64,000 nt of DNA from Candidatus Omnitrophota bacterium (GTDB lineage: Bacteria > Omnitrophota > Gorgyraeia > 2-01-FULL-45-10): the NCBI GenBank assembly GCA_003142795.1, contig PLNN01000024.1, forward strand, positions 1,078-65,077. Direction: 5' to 3'. The position numbers and the translations under genes were made by a program. A model generated the notes under the pieces. That model worked only from the letters and a program-made list of their open reading frames with translations. It did no database searches and was not told the DNA's origin. This document shows, piece after piece, positions 36,745 through 48,086 of this stretch. Numbering within the stretch: the first letter of the stretch is position 1; each line of letters starts with the position of its first letter.

Positions 36745-39700
36745 TATATCCATTAAGAACCCGGTTTTTTCCTGGATGCTTATGGCAGCCCTTATAATAT
36801 TCGGCGCTATCAGCTATACCCGTTTGGGCGTAGGCCAGCTGCCTGACGTGGATTTTCCGATCGTGTCCATAACCCTTACCTGGGAAGGCGCCGCTCCGGA
36901 AGTAATGGAGACGGACGTCGTCGATATAGTGGAAGACTCCCTCATGAGCATCCAGGGCGTGAAGGAGGTATCAAGTTCCATAAGGCAGGGAATGGCAACA
37001 ATAACCGTTGAATTCGATCTGAATAAAAATATCGATGTCGCAGTCCAGGATGTGCAGTCAAAGATAGACCAGGCGCAGAGATCGCTTCCGAAAGATCTCG
37101 ATCCTGCCATAGTTACAAAAGTGAATCCGGAAGACAATCCTATCCTTATGCTGAGCGTGTCGTCTTCCACGATGCCGATCCGCGACATAATGACTTATGT
37201 CCAGGACCATCTTAAGGACCAGTTCGCGACCATAAACGGCGTCGGGGACATATTCCTCGGCGGGTTCGTCGACAGGAACCTGAGGATATGGGTCGATGCC
37301 GATAAATTGGAGGCGTATCAATTTACCGTACAGGATGTGATAGACGCCGTTAAGGCAGAGCATGAAGAAGTGCCTGCGGGCCGGATAGAGACACCGTCCA
37401 AAGAGTTTAACGTAAGGGTCATGGGCGAGGCCGCGACCCCTAAGGAGTTCGAGAATCTGCTCCTTCCAAAAAGGTCCGGCTTGCCCGTATTTAAGCCTAT
37501 ATATCTGAAAGAAGTGGCGACGATAGAAGACGGGCTTGCCGACGTCAGGCGCATCGCGCGTTCAAATAAACAACAGACGGTCGCGTTAGGCATCCGCAAA
37601 CAACGCGGGGCGAACGAGGTCGAGGTATCGCATAAAGTATTGAAGAAGCTGGAAGAGATAAAAAAATTCAAACCGAAGGACATAGATATAGGTATTCGTT
37701 ACAATCGGACCAAATTCAGCGAAGATTCTATCCATGAATTGACATTTACCCTTATTTTATCGGCTATAGTAACGTCTCTTGTCTGCTGGCTCTTCCTGGG
37801 ATCCTGGAGCGCTACGCTTAATATATTGCTCGCGATCCCGACATCGGTGCTCGGGACGTTCATAGTCATTTATTTCTTAGGTTTTACGCTCAACACATTT
37901 ACCGTGCTGGGGCTTTCCCTTGCCATAGGTATAGTTGTCGATGACGCGATAATGGTGCTTGAGAATATCGTGCGTTACAGGGAAAAGGGAGTTGATAAAG
38001 TCGAGGCCGCGCGCCGCGGCGCCAGGCAGATCACGTTCGCGGCCATTGCCGCCACCATTGCCCTGATAGCAATATTCCTGCCGGTAGCGTTCATGTACGG
38101 CATTATCGGAAAATTTTTCTTTCAGTATGGGGTTACTATATCGGTTGCGGTTGCGATCTCATTGCTGGAAGCACTTACGCTGGCGCCAATGAGATGCTCG
38201 CAATTCCTTGAGGTTGGGAGCCGCCATACCTTCATCGGAAAAGCTGTAGAAGAAGGATTCAAGGCTTTGGCCGTTACATACCATTCGTTCCTTGATAAGG
38301 CGTTAAATAAAAGGGCAATTATAGTCATCGTTGCGCTCATCTTTTTTGTAGCCTCGATCTTTTTACTGAAGCCGATCCGCAAAGAAATGCTTCCGTCTCA
38401 GGATATGAGCATGTTGATGTGCCGTCTTCAGACACCCGTGGGCTCGTCGATCGTGCTTACAGACGAGTGTTTCAAAAAGGCCGAAGATTATATTTCTTCG
38501 AGGCCCGAGATAGACGGATATTTTTCATTGATAGGCGGCTTCGGCGGCGGCGAAGTGAATTCCGGCATGATATTCTTAACGCTGAAAGAGCCTAATAAGA
38601 GGCCTGTAGTTCCCCCTAATAAGCGGCCTCTTACGCAAAGCGACATGATGGTGCTCCTGCGCAAAGAGCTAAATAAGATACCGGACGTGAAGGCAACGAT
38701 ACAGGACCTGTCGCTTTCCGGTTTTTCGGCCCAGAGAGGATTCCCGATAGAATTTTCTGTCAGAGGGCCGGAGTGGGAAAAATTATCGAAATACGCGACC
38801 GACATCAGGCTGGCTATGGAAAAATCCAATCTGATGATAGACGTTGACACGGACTTCCTTGCCAAGATCCCGGAAATTCGCGTCGAACCGGATAGACAGA
38901 AGGCCAATGACAGGGGCGTCAGCATCGATGCCATAGGCGGCGCCATAAACGCTCTCATAGGCGGAGAGAGAATAGGTAAATATACAAAAGGAGGCCGGCG
39001 CTATGATGTGCGCGTTCGGCTTGTGCCGTCTCAACGGACTGAAACAGAAGACATACAACGGTTGTGGGTGTGGAATAATAGGAATGAGCTCGTCCAGCTT
39101 AAGAACGTAATAACCATAACAGAGAAGCCCACTCCTTTGACTATAACACGGCGTAATAGGGAAAGGGCAATAACGATATTTGCGAACGTCGTCCCGGGAA
39201 AATCCCAGGCCGACGCGCTGAAAGAAGTAAACCGCATAGCTAAAAGTATCCTTCCTGAAGGGTACAAAACAGTATTTTCCGGGAGCACTCAGACTGCGAT
39301 CGAATCCCTTATAAGCCTTTTGATAGCGTTCGTTCTCGGGATACTGATCTCATATATGGTGCTTGCTTCGCAATTTAACAGCTACCTTCATCCTATATCG
39401 GTCTTGGTCGCTATATTTTTTGGTATATCCGGAGCGCTCCTTACTTTATGGGTATTTAATCAGTCTTTAAATATCTACAGCGCCATAGGCATAATACTTC
39501 TGATGGGTATCGTTAAAAAGAATTCCATACTTCTTGTCGACTTTACAAACCAGCAGCGAGAGCTGGGCCTTGAGGCCAAACAGGCGCTTTTAATAGCATG
39601 CCCGATCAGACTTCGGCCTATATTGATGACGTCGGTCGCAACGATCGCGGCTGCTGTTCCCCCGGCATTGGCAATAGGGCCCGGGGCCGAAACGCGCATA

Positions 39701-39850
39701 CCGATGGCTATAACGATTATTGGCGGCGTCATCGTTTCTACGTTGTTTACGTTATTTGTTGTGCCATGCGTCTACAGTCTCTTTACAAAGATCGAAAGAA
39801 AGAGCTATAAAGCGATCATCCTCGAGGAAGAACCTGCCGATAAATCCTGA
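36731..39850 (+). CDS. RND efflux permease (AcrB family)
   Basis: 1039 aa; GIVVDDAIMVLEN, GIVKKNSILLVDF, RLRPILMT. Confidence 0.95.
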   Translation: MTLSDISIKNPVFSWMLMAALIIFGAISYTRLGVGQLPDVDFPIVSITLTWEGAAPEVMETDVVDIVEDSLMSIQGVKEVSSSIRQGMATITVEFDLNKNIDVAVQDVQSKIDQAQRSLPKDLDPAIVTKVNPEDNPILMLSVSSSTMPIRDIMTYVQDHLKDQFATINGVGDIFLGGFVDRNLRIWVDADKLEAYQFTVQDVIDAVKAEHEEVPAGRIETPSKEFNVRVMGEAATPKEFENLLLPKRSGLPVFKPIYLKEVATIEDGLADVRRIARSNKQQTVALGIRKQRGANEVEVSHKVLKKLEEIKKFKPKDIDIGIRYNRTKFSEDSIHELTFTLILSAIVTSLVCWLFLGSWSATLNILLAIPTSVLGTFIVIYFLGFTLNTFTVLGLSLAIGIVVDDAIMVLENIVRYREKGVDKVEAARRGARQITFAAIAATIALIAIFLPVAFMYGIIGKFFFQYGVTISVAVAISLLEALTLAPMRCSQFLEVGSRHTFIGKAVEEGFKALAVTYHSFLDKALNKRAIIVIVALIFFVASIFLLKPIRKEMLPSQDMSMLMCRLQTPVGSSIVLTDECFKKAEDYISSRPEIDGYFSLIGGFGGGEVNSGMIFLTLKEPNKRPVVPPNKRPLTQSDMMVLLRKELNKIPDVKATIQDLSLSGFSAQRGFPIEFSVRGPEWEKLSKYATDIRLAMEKSNLMIDVDTDFLAKIPEIRVEPDRQKANDRGVSIDAIGGAINALIGGERIGKYTKGGRRYDVRVRLVPSQRTETEDIQRLWVWNNRNELVQLKNVITITEKPTPLTITRRNRERAITIFANVVPGKSQADALKEVNRIAKSILPEGYKTVFSGSTQTAIESLISLLIAFVLGILISYMVLASQFNSYLHPISVLVAIFFGISGALLTLWVFNQSLNIYSAIGIILLMGIVKKNSILLVDFTNQQRELGLEAKQALLIACPIRLRPILMTSVATIAAAVPPALAIGPGAETRIPMAITIIGGVIVSTLFTLFVVPCVYSLFTKIERKSYKAIILEEEPADKS

Positions 39851-39873
39851 TTTAATTATTTATCAAATTTTTG

Positions 39874-39902
39874 TTGACAAAAAGTAAAAGACGTGATATC
39901 CT
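39874..39902 (+). promoter_or_regulatory. sigma70-type promoter
   Basis: TTGACA-17 nt-TATCCT with upstream TG. Confidence 0.5.
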
Positions 39903-39924
39903 CTCACAAAAACGGGAGGATTTT

Positions 39925-41511
39925 ATGTTTATGAAGGTTGCGTTTGCAGTGATTTTAGTAGTGATGCTGGCTGTGCCGGCATATTCGCAAGAGCTATGGG
40001 TCGGAAAAGACGGCAATATCCGCAATGTCGATTCGCGCGCTATGGTCTCGGACGGGAACCTGCTTTATCTTGCGACACGCAATGAAGTATACAAAGGTAC
40101 CGCCGGAAATGAAAAATGGGAGTCGATATTCTCCCTTGCGGCCGGCGATAATGAAGTAACGTGCCTTACCGGGAGGGGGAAGAACATACTTATAGGGACG
40201 AAGCGGGGGATATTCCGTTCCGAAGGCGGCGGGAAGGCATGGCGAAACGTCTTCAGGACGCTTTTCGCGGATAAGAGCAATATAATTTCGCTCGATACCT
40301 CTAAATATGATCTTAAGAAGGTTGCTGCGGTGACCGCAAAGGGCATATTCCTAAGTTACGATCTTGGCGAACATTGGAAAGACATAAGCGGAAATTTAAA
40401 AAATAAAAGCCTCCATTGTATCGCGCTTAATAAAGAGCTTATCTACGTCGGCGGCGAAGACGGCCTGTATGTTAAAAAAGAAGATTCTGATGCATGGGAG
40501 CGTATATGCGCGAGGTCAACGCCTGAGAGGCCCGAGGGTGAGGAAAGCGAAGAGCCCGCTGAGGAACCGGAATATAGAGGAGCGGTAAATTGTATCGCGG
40601 TTAAAGGTGCGAGCGTATATATCGGTATTGACGAAAAGATATTATACTCCGAGACCGGCGGTAAGGATTGGCGCGACTTTGAACGCCAGGGTCTGGGCGG
40701 CGTGATCAATGATATCATCATATCCAAAAAGGAAGATAAGCTGTATTGTGCTACGAGTAAAGGGGTATTTGAGTTCGACAAGGAGACATCCCGATGGCGC
40801 GAGCTATATAAAGGTATGGACAGGATCCGGGCGGTGAATGATATTGAGCTTGCCGGAGAGGAAGGAAGGTCGCTCTGGGCTTTAACGGAAAAAGGCGTAT
40901 ATAAATTCGAGCCCGGGAAATATACGGGAAACCAGTATACCGATATCGAAAATAGTCTTAAGACATTCAAGATAATCTTTGATGGCGAGCCAACCTACAC
41001 GCAGCTTGCGAAGGCTGCGATGAAATTTAACGAGGTAAGTCCCGATAAAATAGCGAAATGGAGAAAAGCCGCGCAGGTCAGGGCGCTCATGCCGAAAGTG
41101 TCGCTCGGCATGGACAAGCACCAGTCGACCAATTATGAGATATATACCAGCGCGACAAGAGATTATGTGACCAGCGGCCCGGACGATATCTATAATGCCC
41201 TGAATTTCTCAGTATCATGGGACCTGTCTAACCTCATATGGTCGGACGACCAGACTAATATAGACGTGCGCTCGCGTCTTACCACTCAGCTGAGGAATGA
41301 CATTCTCGATGATCTGAGGCGGACATACTATGAGCGCAAAAGGCTGCAGTTCGAGATCATGCAATCACCACCGCAAGACCAACGGTTGCTATTCGAAAAA
41401 CAGATGCGTATACGGGAATTGACCCAGGAGATAGATGACTTGACGGGAAATTACCTTACTGAAAATATGCGAAAGAATACCGATAAGGCGCTATTGGACG
41501 GTCGCGAGTAA
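39925..41511 (+). CDS. Exported beta-propeller (BNR/Asp-box) protein with C-terminal helical domain
   Basis: GGGAGG RBS; signal peptide; SEGGGKAW, SYDLGEHW, SETGGKDW Asp-box-like repeats. Confidence 0.75.
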   Translation: MFMKVAFAVILVVMLAVPAYSQELWVGKDGNIRNVDSRAMVSDGNLLYLATRNEVYKGTAGNEKWESIFSLAAGDNEVTCLTGRGKNILIGTKRGIFRSEGGGKAWRNVFRTLFADKSNIISLDTSKYDLKKVAAVTAKGIFLSYDLGEHWKDISGNLKNKSLHCIALNKELIYVGGEDGLYVKKEDSDAWERICARSTPERPEGEESEEPAEEPEYRGAVNCIAVKGASVYIGIDEKILYSETGGKDWRDFERQGLGGVINDIIISKKEDKLYCATSKGVFEFDKETSRWRELYKGMDRIRAVNDIELAGEEGRSLWALTEKGVYKFEPGKYTGNQYTDIENSLKTFKIIFDGEPTYTQLAKAAMKFNEVSPDKIAKWRKAAQVRALMPKVSLGMDKHQSTNYEIYTSATRDYVTSGPDDIYNALNFSVSWDLSNLIWSDDQTNIDVRSRLTTQLRNDILDDLRRTYYERKRLQFEIMQSPPQDQRLLFEKQMRIRELTQEIDDLTGNYLTENMRKNTDKALLDGRE

Positions 41512-41820
41512 TGCGTCTACCTCTGAAGGTTTTATGCGGGTAAATTCTATTCCGGCGTCTATCATGGGACTATATGTGGCAAGGCCTTCATTGACCCACC
41601 TTACCTTTCCTATTGCTTCAACGGTATTATCTTTTTCGGGATGGGATATTTTAATACGCAGGGTGTGCCCTTTTTTTATAATGCGCGATACCAGGATGCG
41701 CAGGCCGCCTTTTGAGATATCCTTAGCTATTGTAGAGCCTTCTATCGAAGCTATGCCATTTGTAGCATAGCATACCTTGAGCGAGCAATCGTAGCGGGGG
41801 AACCTTCTCCGTTCTTCCAT
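41491..41820 (-). CDS. PilZ domain protein (c-di-GMP receptor)
   Basis: RRRFPR (RxxxR) and DISKGG (DxSxxG); GKVRW, AGIEF. Confidence 0.9.
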   Translation of the reverse strand: MEERRRFPRYDCSLKVCYATNGIASIEGSTIAKDISKGGLRILVSRIIKKGHTLRIKISHPEKDNTVEAIGKVRWVNEGLATYSPMIDAGIEFTRIKPSEVDALLATVQ

Positions 41821-42009
41821 GTTACCTCACCTTTTATATTGAAAGTATAGCATAAAATTTCAAAAATGGTAGAGGGTAAAAAGTCCGTATAATTTTTTTT
41901 CAGGATCTATTTTTTTATCCCGACGGAAAATTTGGTTTTTCTTGTCCCGTTAGGAATCAAAAAATCTGGCTTTCTTTCTACTGTCTTAACAAAAATTGAA
42001 ACTTTTCTC

Positions 42010-42037
42010 TTGACAAAATATGGCTTGATGATATAAT
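42010..42037 (+). promoter_or_regulatory. sigma70 promoter upstream of polA
   Basis: TTGACA-16 nt-TATAAT with TG extension. Confidence 0.7.
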
Positions 42038-42171
42038 TTATAACAGATTTGCAAGTCGAAAACCCTTTCTATAGATAGAAAATCTACTCGAAAGAAACTA
42101 AACCCCAATAGATAGCTTAAAGATGACGATATTATCCTTCTACATTCAAACCTTATAAGGCTTGCCGTATA

Positions 42172-44844
42172 ATGCCCAAGAGAAAATTATTTCTTATTGA
42201 CGGAAACTCATTCTGTTACAGGGCTTTTTATGCCATCCGTAACCTCACAAATTCTAAGGGCCAGCCTACAAATGCCATATACGGTTTTGTTACGATGCTC
42301 AATAAAATAGTGAAAGATAATGCGCCTGACATGCTTGCCGTGGCATTCGACCTTAAAGGGCCGACATTCAGGCATAAGAAGTTCGAAGAATATAAGATAC
42401 ACCGTAAGCCTATGCCCGACGACCTGGTTGGGCAGATGTCGCATATAAAAGATATGGTCCGGGCGTATAACATACCTATATATGAAGTCCAGGGATACGA
42501 GGCGGATGACGTGCTGGCAACTTTGGCGAAGAAGGCCGAAGAGCACGATATAGAGACGTTCATAGTTACCGGGGACAAGGACGCACTCCAGCTTGTCAAT
42601 CCCAACATAAAAGTTTACAGCACTCACAAGGACGGCTTTATATACGATGCCGCGAAGGTAAAAGAGGCATACGGCGTTGGACCGGAACGGATGATCGATA
42701 TTATGAGCCTGATGGGTGATGCGACCGATAATATTCCGGGCGTCAAAGGTATAGGCGAAAAGACAGCCGTGGAGCTTATAGGAGAATTTGGCTCTCTTGA
42801 CAACCTGCTGAATAATATTGATAAAATAAAGAGTGAATCAAGAAAGAAGATGCTTAAAGATAATATTGAAATGGCGCGCCTGTCGAGGGACCTGGCGGTG
42901 CTTGATATGGAAGTGCCTATAAAGATCGATTTTAAAGAACTTGAACTGAAGCCGCCGGATAATGAAAAGTTAGCGGAGATGTTCAAGGAGTTCGAGTTCA
43001 AATCGCTCCTTAAGGAATTTACTCCTAAAGGAACGCTCAAATCCATCTATGAGCTTATAGACGAAAAAAAGAAATTCGAGTCTTTGGTTGGCGAGCTTAA
43101 AGGCCTTAAAGGGTTTGTTTTCGATTTTGAAACTACGAGCCCCGATCCTATGCTGGCTGAACCTGTAGGAGTATCGTTTTCCTGGAAGATCGGTGAGGCG
43201 TATTATGTTCCTATGGCTAAATATTTGGACCGCGACGATGTGCTAAAAGCGCTCAAGCCGGTCTTTGAAGACGCGAAGATAAAAAAGACGGGGCAGAATA
43301 TTAAGTATGAATATATAGTTCTTGCGAATTGCGGCATACATTTGCAAGGCATCGCGTTCGATACGATGATCGCGTCATATCTTCTTAATCCTTCAAAATT
43401 GAATCATAACCTCGAAGACATATCCATTGAATATCTGAATCACAAGATGACGACCCCGATAGAAGAACTGCTTGGTAAGGGTAAGAATGCTATTACCATG
43501 GATAAGGTCGACGTTGACAAGGTCTGCAGTTACTGCTGCGAAGATAGCGACGTGACGCTTAGGCTAAAAGAGATACTTGAAAGGGAGATCTCGGAAAAGA
43601 ACCTCGACGTCCTTCTTTATAATGTAGAGATGCCTTTAGTGGAAGTGCTGGCCATAATGGAAATTAACGGTGTCGCGATAGATAAGGATTATCTTGGCGA
43701 CCTGTCAAAAGAGATGTCTTCAAAACTCGACAAGCTGACAGCCCATATTTATAAGATAGCGGGCGAGGAATTTAATATAAATTCGCCGAAACAGCTTTCG
43801 AAGATATTGTTCGAAAAGCTGAAATTGCCGATAGTGAAGAAGACGAAGACCGGCATATCGACCAATGAAGAGGTCCTTTTGAAACTTGCTCCTTCGCATG
43901 AGTTGCCGCAGGAGCTTCTATCATACAGGGAGCTTGCCAAGCTGAAATCGACTTATGTCGATTCACTCCCGGAGCTGATAAATCCGAAGACGGGAAGGGT
44001 CCATACTTCATTCAATCAGACAGTGACGGCAACCGGCAGGCTTTCATCAAGCGATCCAAATTTGCAGAATATCCCGATCAAGACCGAGGAAGGCAGAAAG
44101 ATAAGAAAAGCGTTCACGGCATCCGCGAAAGACGATCTATTGTTGTCGGCCGATTATTCCCAGATAGAATTGAGGATCGTGGCGCACCTGTCGGGCGACA
44201 AGTGCCTCGTTGATGCTTTTAAGTTGGGGCGCGACATTCACGCTTTTACCGCAAGCCTCGTCTTCGGCATTGAAGAAAAAGACGTTACGAGCGAGATGCG
44301 CAATATGGCAAAGACCGTGAATTTCGGCATCATATACGGCATGAGCCCGTATGGCTTGTCACAGAGTTTGAAGATAGACGTGAACAAAGCCAAAGATTTC
44401 ATAGACGCGTATTTTGACAGGTATCCCGATGTGAGACAGTATCTTGAGGGGCTGATCGCCGAGGCAAGAGAGAACGGATTTGTAACTACGCTTCTCGGAA
44501 GACGGCGCTACATCCCGGAAATAAACTCACCCGACATGCGCATAAGGCAGTTCGCGGAGAGGACCGCGGTGAATACGCCGATACAGGGCTCGGCTGCCGA
44601 CATCATTAAGGTAGCGATGATAGCGATCAATGAGAACATCTCTAAAGAAAAGCTGGAAACACGGATGACGCTGCAGGTCCATGACGAGCTTGTCTTTGAC
44701 GTTCCGAAAAAAGAGCTCAAGGCCGCCGCGGCGATCGTTAAAGAAGGAATGGAAAAGATCATAAAGTTAAAGGTACCCGTGGAGGCGCATATAGAAGTAG
44801 GACCGAATTGGCTGGAACAAGAATCGTATAAAATAGGAGAGTAG
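42172..44844 (+). CDS. polA: DNA polymerase I
   Basis: LIDGNS, YEADD, DYSQIELR, KTVNFGIIYG, QVHDEL. Confidence 0.98.
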   Translation: MPKRKLFLIDGNSFCYRAFYAIRNLTNSKGQPTNAIYGFVTMLNKIVKDNAPDMLAVAFDLKGPTFRHKKFEEYKIHRKPMPDDLVGQMSHIKDMVRAYNIPIYEVQGYEADDVLATLAKKAEEHDIETFIVTGDKDALQLVNPNIKVYSTHKDGFIYDAAKVKEAYGVGPERMIDIMSLMGDATDNIPGVKGIGEKTAVELIGEFGSLDNLLNNIDKIKSESRKKMLKDNIEMARLSRDLAVLDMEVPIKIDFKELELKPPDNEKLAEMFKEFEFKSLLKEFTPKGTLKSIYELIDEKKKFESLVGELKGLKGFVFDFETTSPDPMLAEPVGVSFSWKIGEAYYVPMAKYLDRDDVLKALKPVFEDAKIKKTGQNIKYEYIVLANCGIHLQGIAFDTMIASYLLNPSKLNHNLEDISIEYLNHKMTTPIEELLGKGKNAITMDKVDVDKVCSYCCEDSDVTLRLKEILEREISEKNLDVLLYNVEMPLVEVLAIMEINGVAIDKDYLGDLSKEMSSKLDKLTAHIYKIAGEEFNINSPKQLSKILFEKLKLPIVKKTKTGISTNEEVLLKLAPSHELPQELLSYRELAKLKSTYVDSLPELINPKTGRVHTSFNQTVTATGRLSSSDPNLQNIPIKTEEGRKIRKAFTASAKDDLLLSADYSQIELRIVAHLSGDKCLVDAFKLGRDIHAFTASLVFGIEEKDVTSEMRNMAKTVNFGIIYGMSPYGLSQSLKIDVNKAKDFIDAYFDRYPDVRQYLEGLIAEARENGFVTTLLGRRRYIPEINSPDMRIRQFAERTAVNTPIQGSAADIIKVAMIAINENISKEKLETRMTLQVHDELVFDVPKKELKAAAAIVKEGMEKIIKLKVPVEAHIEVGPNWLEQESYKIGE

Positions 44845-46230
44845 ATGGAAAAGTTAAAAGTACTGTTAGCGTCAAGTGAGGTAGTACCGTTCGCGAAGAC
44901 GGGCGGGCTCGCGGATGTGGCGGGAAGCCTCCCGATCGCACTTGAAGAGATGGGCGTCGATGTCAGGGTCATCATGCCAAAATACGCTTCTGTGAAGGCG
45001 GGCGGTAATGAGGCTACTTTAGGCAAGAAAGTGAAGGTCTATTTCGTAGAGAACGACGGTTATTTCAATAGGAAAGAATTATATGGGGATAAATTCGGAG
45101 ATTATGCCGATAACCTTGATAGATTCGTCTTCTTCTCAAGGGGGATACTCGAAAGATGTAAGAAGGAAGGTTTCGCGCCGGATGTAATACATTGTAATGA
45201 CTGGCAGACGGCCCTCATCCCGGTCTATTTGAATACTATTTATAAATACGACCCGTTCTTTTCAAAAACGAAGACTTTATTAACGATCCATAATATGGCA
45301 TACCAGGGCCTGTTCGACAAGGAGCAATTCCCCAAGATAGGGCTCGACTGGGCGCTATTTTCCATAAATTATTTTGAATTTTACGGCAAGGTCAACCTGA
45401 TGAAGGCAGGCCTCATATACGCCGACGCCATATCGACGGTAAGCCCGACCTACGCCAAAGAGATACTCACGAAGGAATTCGGTTGCGGCCTCGAAGGCGT
45501 CCTGAAGACTCGGGAAAAATCTTTATACGGGATATTGAACGGCATAGATTACAACGTATGGAACCCGGCAAAAGATACCAAAATATTCAAGAAATACTCA
45601 GCTGACAACTTAGGCGATAAATACGTCAATAAGGAGAAGCTGCAGAAAGAGTTGGACCTGAAAGTCGACCGGGACATCCCGATGATCGGCCTTATCTCGC
45701 GGCTCGCGGACCAGAAAGGCCTGGACCTCCTGGCGAAAATAATAGACGAGCTTCTTAATATTAAAGTGCAATTCGTTCTTTTGGGGACGGGCGATAATAA
45801 ATATCATATCCTGATGGAAAAAATGGCAAAACGGCATCCGAAGAACACTTCTATAAATTTAAAATTTGACGCTACTCTCGCGCAGAAGATATATGCCTCA
45901 AGCGATCTATTTCTCATCCCGTCAAGATACGAACCCTGCGGCCTCGGACAAATGATAAGTTTTAAATACGGGACCATTCCGGTAGTGCGCCAGACCGGAG
46001 GCCTGAAAGACAGCGTGCAGGAATTTGATCTGAAGACCGGGAATGGCAGCGGTTTTACCTTTGAAGAATACAGGGCCGACCATTTCTTCGCAGCTATTAA
46101 AAGAGGCTTATCCGCTTATAGAAATACCGCGGCCTGGGAAGATCTGGTAAAGAAGGACATGGGGCTTGATTTTTCATGGAAAACATCTGCAAAAGATTAC
46201 ATAGATCTTTTTCGCAAGATGCTTAAATAA
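44845..46230 (+). CDS. glgA: Glycogen synthase
   Basis: KTGGLADV, HCNDWQT, PSRYEPCGL. Confidence 0.96.
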   Translation: MEKLKVLLASSEVVPFAKTGGLADVAGSLPIALEEMGVDVRVIMPKYASVKAGGNEATLGKKVKVYFVENDGYFNRKELYGDKFGDYADNLDRFVFFSRGILERCKKEGFAPDVIHCNDWQTALIPVYLNTIYKYDPFFSKTKTLLTIHNMAYQGLFDKEQFPKIGLDWALFSINYFEFYGKVNLMKAGLIYADAISTVSPTYAKEILTKEFGCGLEGVLKTREKSLYGILNGIDYNVWNPAKDTKIFKKYSADNLGDKYVNKEKLQKELDLKVDRDIPMIGLISRLADQKGLDLLAKIIDELLNIKVQFVLLGTGDNKYHILMEKMAKRHPKNTSINLKFDATLAQKIYASSDLFLIPSRYEPCGLGQMISFKYGTIPVVRQTGGLKDSVQEFDLKTGNGSGFTFEEYRADHFFAAIKRGLSAYRNTAAWEDLVKKDMGLDFSWKTSAKDYIDLFRKMLK

Positions 46231-46232
46231 AT

Positions 46233-46823
46233 ATGAGAACAATAGGTCTGACAGGCGGTTTTGGGACGGGCAAGACATTCGCGGCATCGATCTTCGGGCA
46301 TCTGGGCGCGCGGGTGATCGACGCAGATAAGATCGCTCACAAGGTGATCGCTAAAGGCGGGAACGCCTATAAAAGAATAGTTGCCGGGTTCGGTAAAGAT
46401 GTGCTCGACAGGCGCGGTAATATTGACCGGGCAAAACTCGCTAAGATCGTTTTCGCGAAAAAAAGCGAACTGAAGAAACTGAACGCTATTGTTCATCCCG
46501 AAGTGATAAGGTCCATAAAGGACAGCATAAAACGCTCGGACAGGAACGATATCGTAGTGATAGATGCCCCTCTCCTTATCGAGGCGGGCCTTACCGGCAT
46601 TGTCGACAAGCTGGTAGTGGTAACGGCAAAAAAGAAAAATCAGATAGAACGATGCAGTAAGAAGCTTAAAATAGGGAGAGAGGACATCCTGAAAAGGATA
46701 TCCAATCAGATACCGATGAAAAAAAAGAAGGCGTTGGCGGATTTTGTTATCGATAATGACGGTACAAGATCTGAAACGCGAGAACAGGTAAACAAAGTAT
46801 GGAGGAAGATGGTATGGAAATAG
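46233..46823 (+). CDS. coaE: Dephospho-CoA kinase
   Basis: [23 protein letters not shown]. Confidence 0.95.
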   Translation: MRTIGLTGGFGTGKTFAASIFGHLGARVIDADKIAHKVIAKGGNAYKRIVAGFGKDVLDRRGNIDRAKLAKIVFAKKSELKKLNAIVHPEVIRSIKDSIKRSDRNDIVVIDAPLLIEAGLTGIVDKLVVVTAKKKNQIERCSKKLKIGREDILKRISNQIPMKKKKALADFVIDNDGTRSETREQVNKVWRKMVWK

Positions 46824-48061
46824 CTGAATTAAAAACAATGAGTATAGTTGAATTGACAAAGCTTGCGAAGGACCTCAGTGTGAACGGTATAAGTGGCCTG
46901 AAAAAACAGGATCTTATATTTAAGATCCTGCAGGCCAAGACCGAGAAGGAAGGTCTCATCTTCGGTGAAGGGGTGCTCGAGATATTGCCGGACGGTTTCG
47001 GTTTTTTGAGAAGCCCGGATTATAATTATCTCCCGGGGCCCGACGATATATACATATCGCCGTCGCAGATACGCAAGTTCAACCTGAGGACCGGCGATAC
47101 GGTGAGCGGCCAGATAAGGCCGCCGAAAGAGGGCGAGAGGTATTTTGCTCTTCTTAAGGTCGAGGCAGTCAATTTCGGGAATCCGGACGAGGCTAAAGAT
47201 AAGACGCTATTCGATAACCTGACCCCGCTCTATCCGGACGAAAGGTTCGTCCTTGAGACTACGCCTCAGGAAGTGTCTATGAGGATAATGGACCTCCTGA
47301 CGCCGGTAGGTAAAGGGCAGCGCGGTTTGATAGTGGCCCCGCCATACAGCGGCAAGACCGTCTTATTACAGAAATTTGCCAATGCGATAACGACAAATTA
47401 TCCGGAAGCCGTCCTTATAGTCCTCTTGATCGATGAGCGGCCTGAGGAAGTCACTGATATGCAGCGCTCGGTCAAGGGCGAGGTCATAAGCTCCACTTTC
47501 GATGAACCCTCAGAACGCCATATTCAGGTAGCTGAGATAGTCCTCGAGAAGGCAAAGAGGCTTATCGAAAATAAGAAGGATGTAGTCATACTTCTCGATT
47601 CGATCACGCGCCTTGCGCGCGCGTATAACTCGTGCGTGCCGCATTCCGGCAAGATCCTGTCCGGCGGCGTAGATTCGAACGCCCTGCAGAAGCCGAAACG
47701 TTTCCTGGGGGCAGCGCGTAATATAGAAGAGGGAGGAAGCCTCACTATAATAGCTACCGCTCTTGTTGATACGGGCTCGAGGATGGATGAAGTCATTTTC
47801 GAAGAGTTTAAAGGGACGGGCAACATGGAATTACAGCTCGACCGCAATCTCTTCCAGAAGAGGATATATCCTGCTATCGATATAAAACGCTCGAATACGA
47901 GGAAAGAGGAACTTCTCGTCCATCCCGATGAGTTGAAGCGCATATGGCTGATGAGGAAAGTGCTCAATGAGCTCAATACCGACGAGGCCATGCAGCTTCT
48001 GATAGAGAAGCTTTCGAAGACGAAGACGAACGCGGAATTTTTAATGTCGATGAATAAGTAA
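46814..48061 (+). CDS. rho: Transcription termination factor Rho
   Basis: [38 protein letters not shown]. Confidence 0.98.
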   Translation: MEIAELKTMSIVELTKLAKDLSVNGISGLKKQDLIFKILQAKTEKEGLIFGEGVLEILPDGFGFLRSPDYNYLPGPDDIYISPSQIRKFNLRTGDTVSGQIRPPKEGERYFALLKVEAVNFGNPDEAKDKTLFDNLTPLYPDERFVLETTPQEVSMRIMDLLTPVGKGQRGLIVAPPYSGKTVLLQKFANAITTNYPEAVLIVLLIDERPEEVTDMQRSVKGEVISSTFDEPSERHIQVAEIVLEKAKRLIENKKDVVILLDSITRLARAYNSCVPHSGKILSGGVDSNALQKPKRFLGAARNIEEGGSLTIIATALVDTGSRMDEVIFEEFKGTGNMELQLDRNLFQKRIYPAIDIKRSNTRKEELLVHPDELKRIWLMRKVLNELNTDEAMQLLIEKLSKTKTNAEFLMSMNK

Positions 48062-48086
48062 AACTGATAAAAAAAGGAGAAGCAAA

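Noticed and set aside
41880-41975. Imperfect T-run/TCCCG repeats between the PilZ gene and polA
   Set aside because: Two degenerate copies in an AT-rich promoter region; not distinguishable from background.
44845-46230. glgA between polA and coaE as a horizontal insertion
   Set aside because: Composition looks like its neighbours, junctions are tight and there are no flanking repeats; likely lineage-specific gene order.
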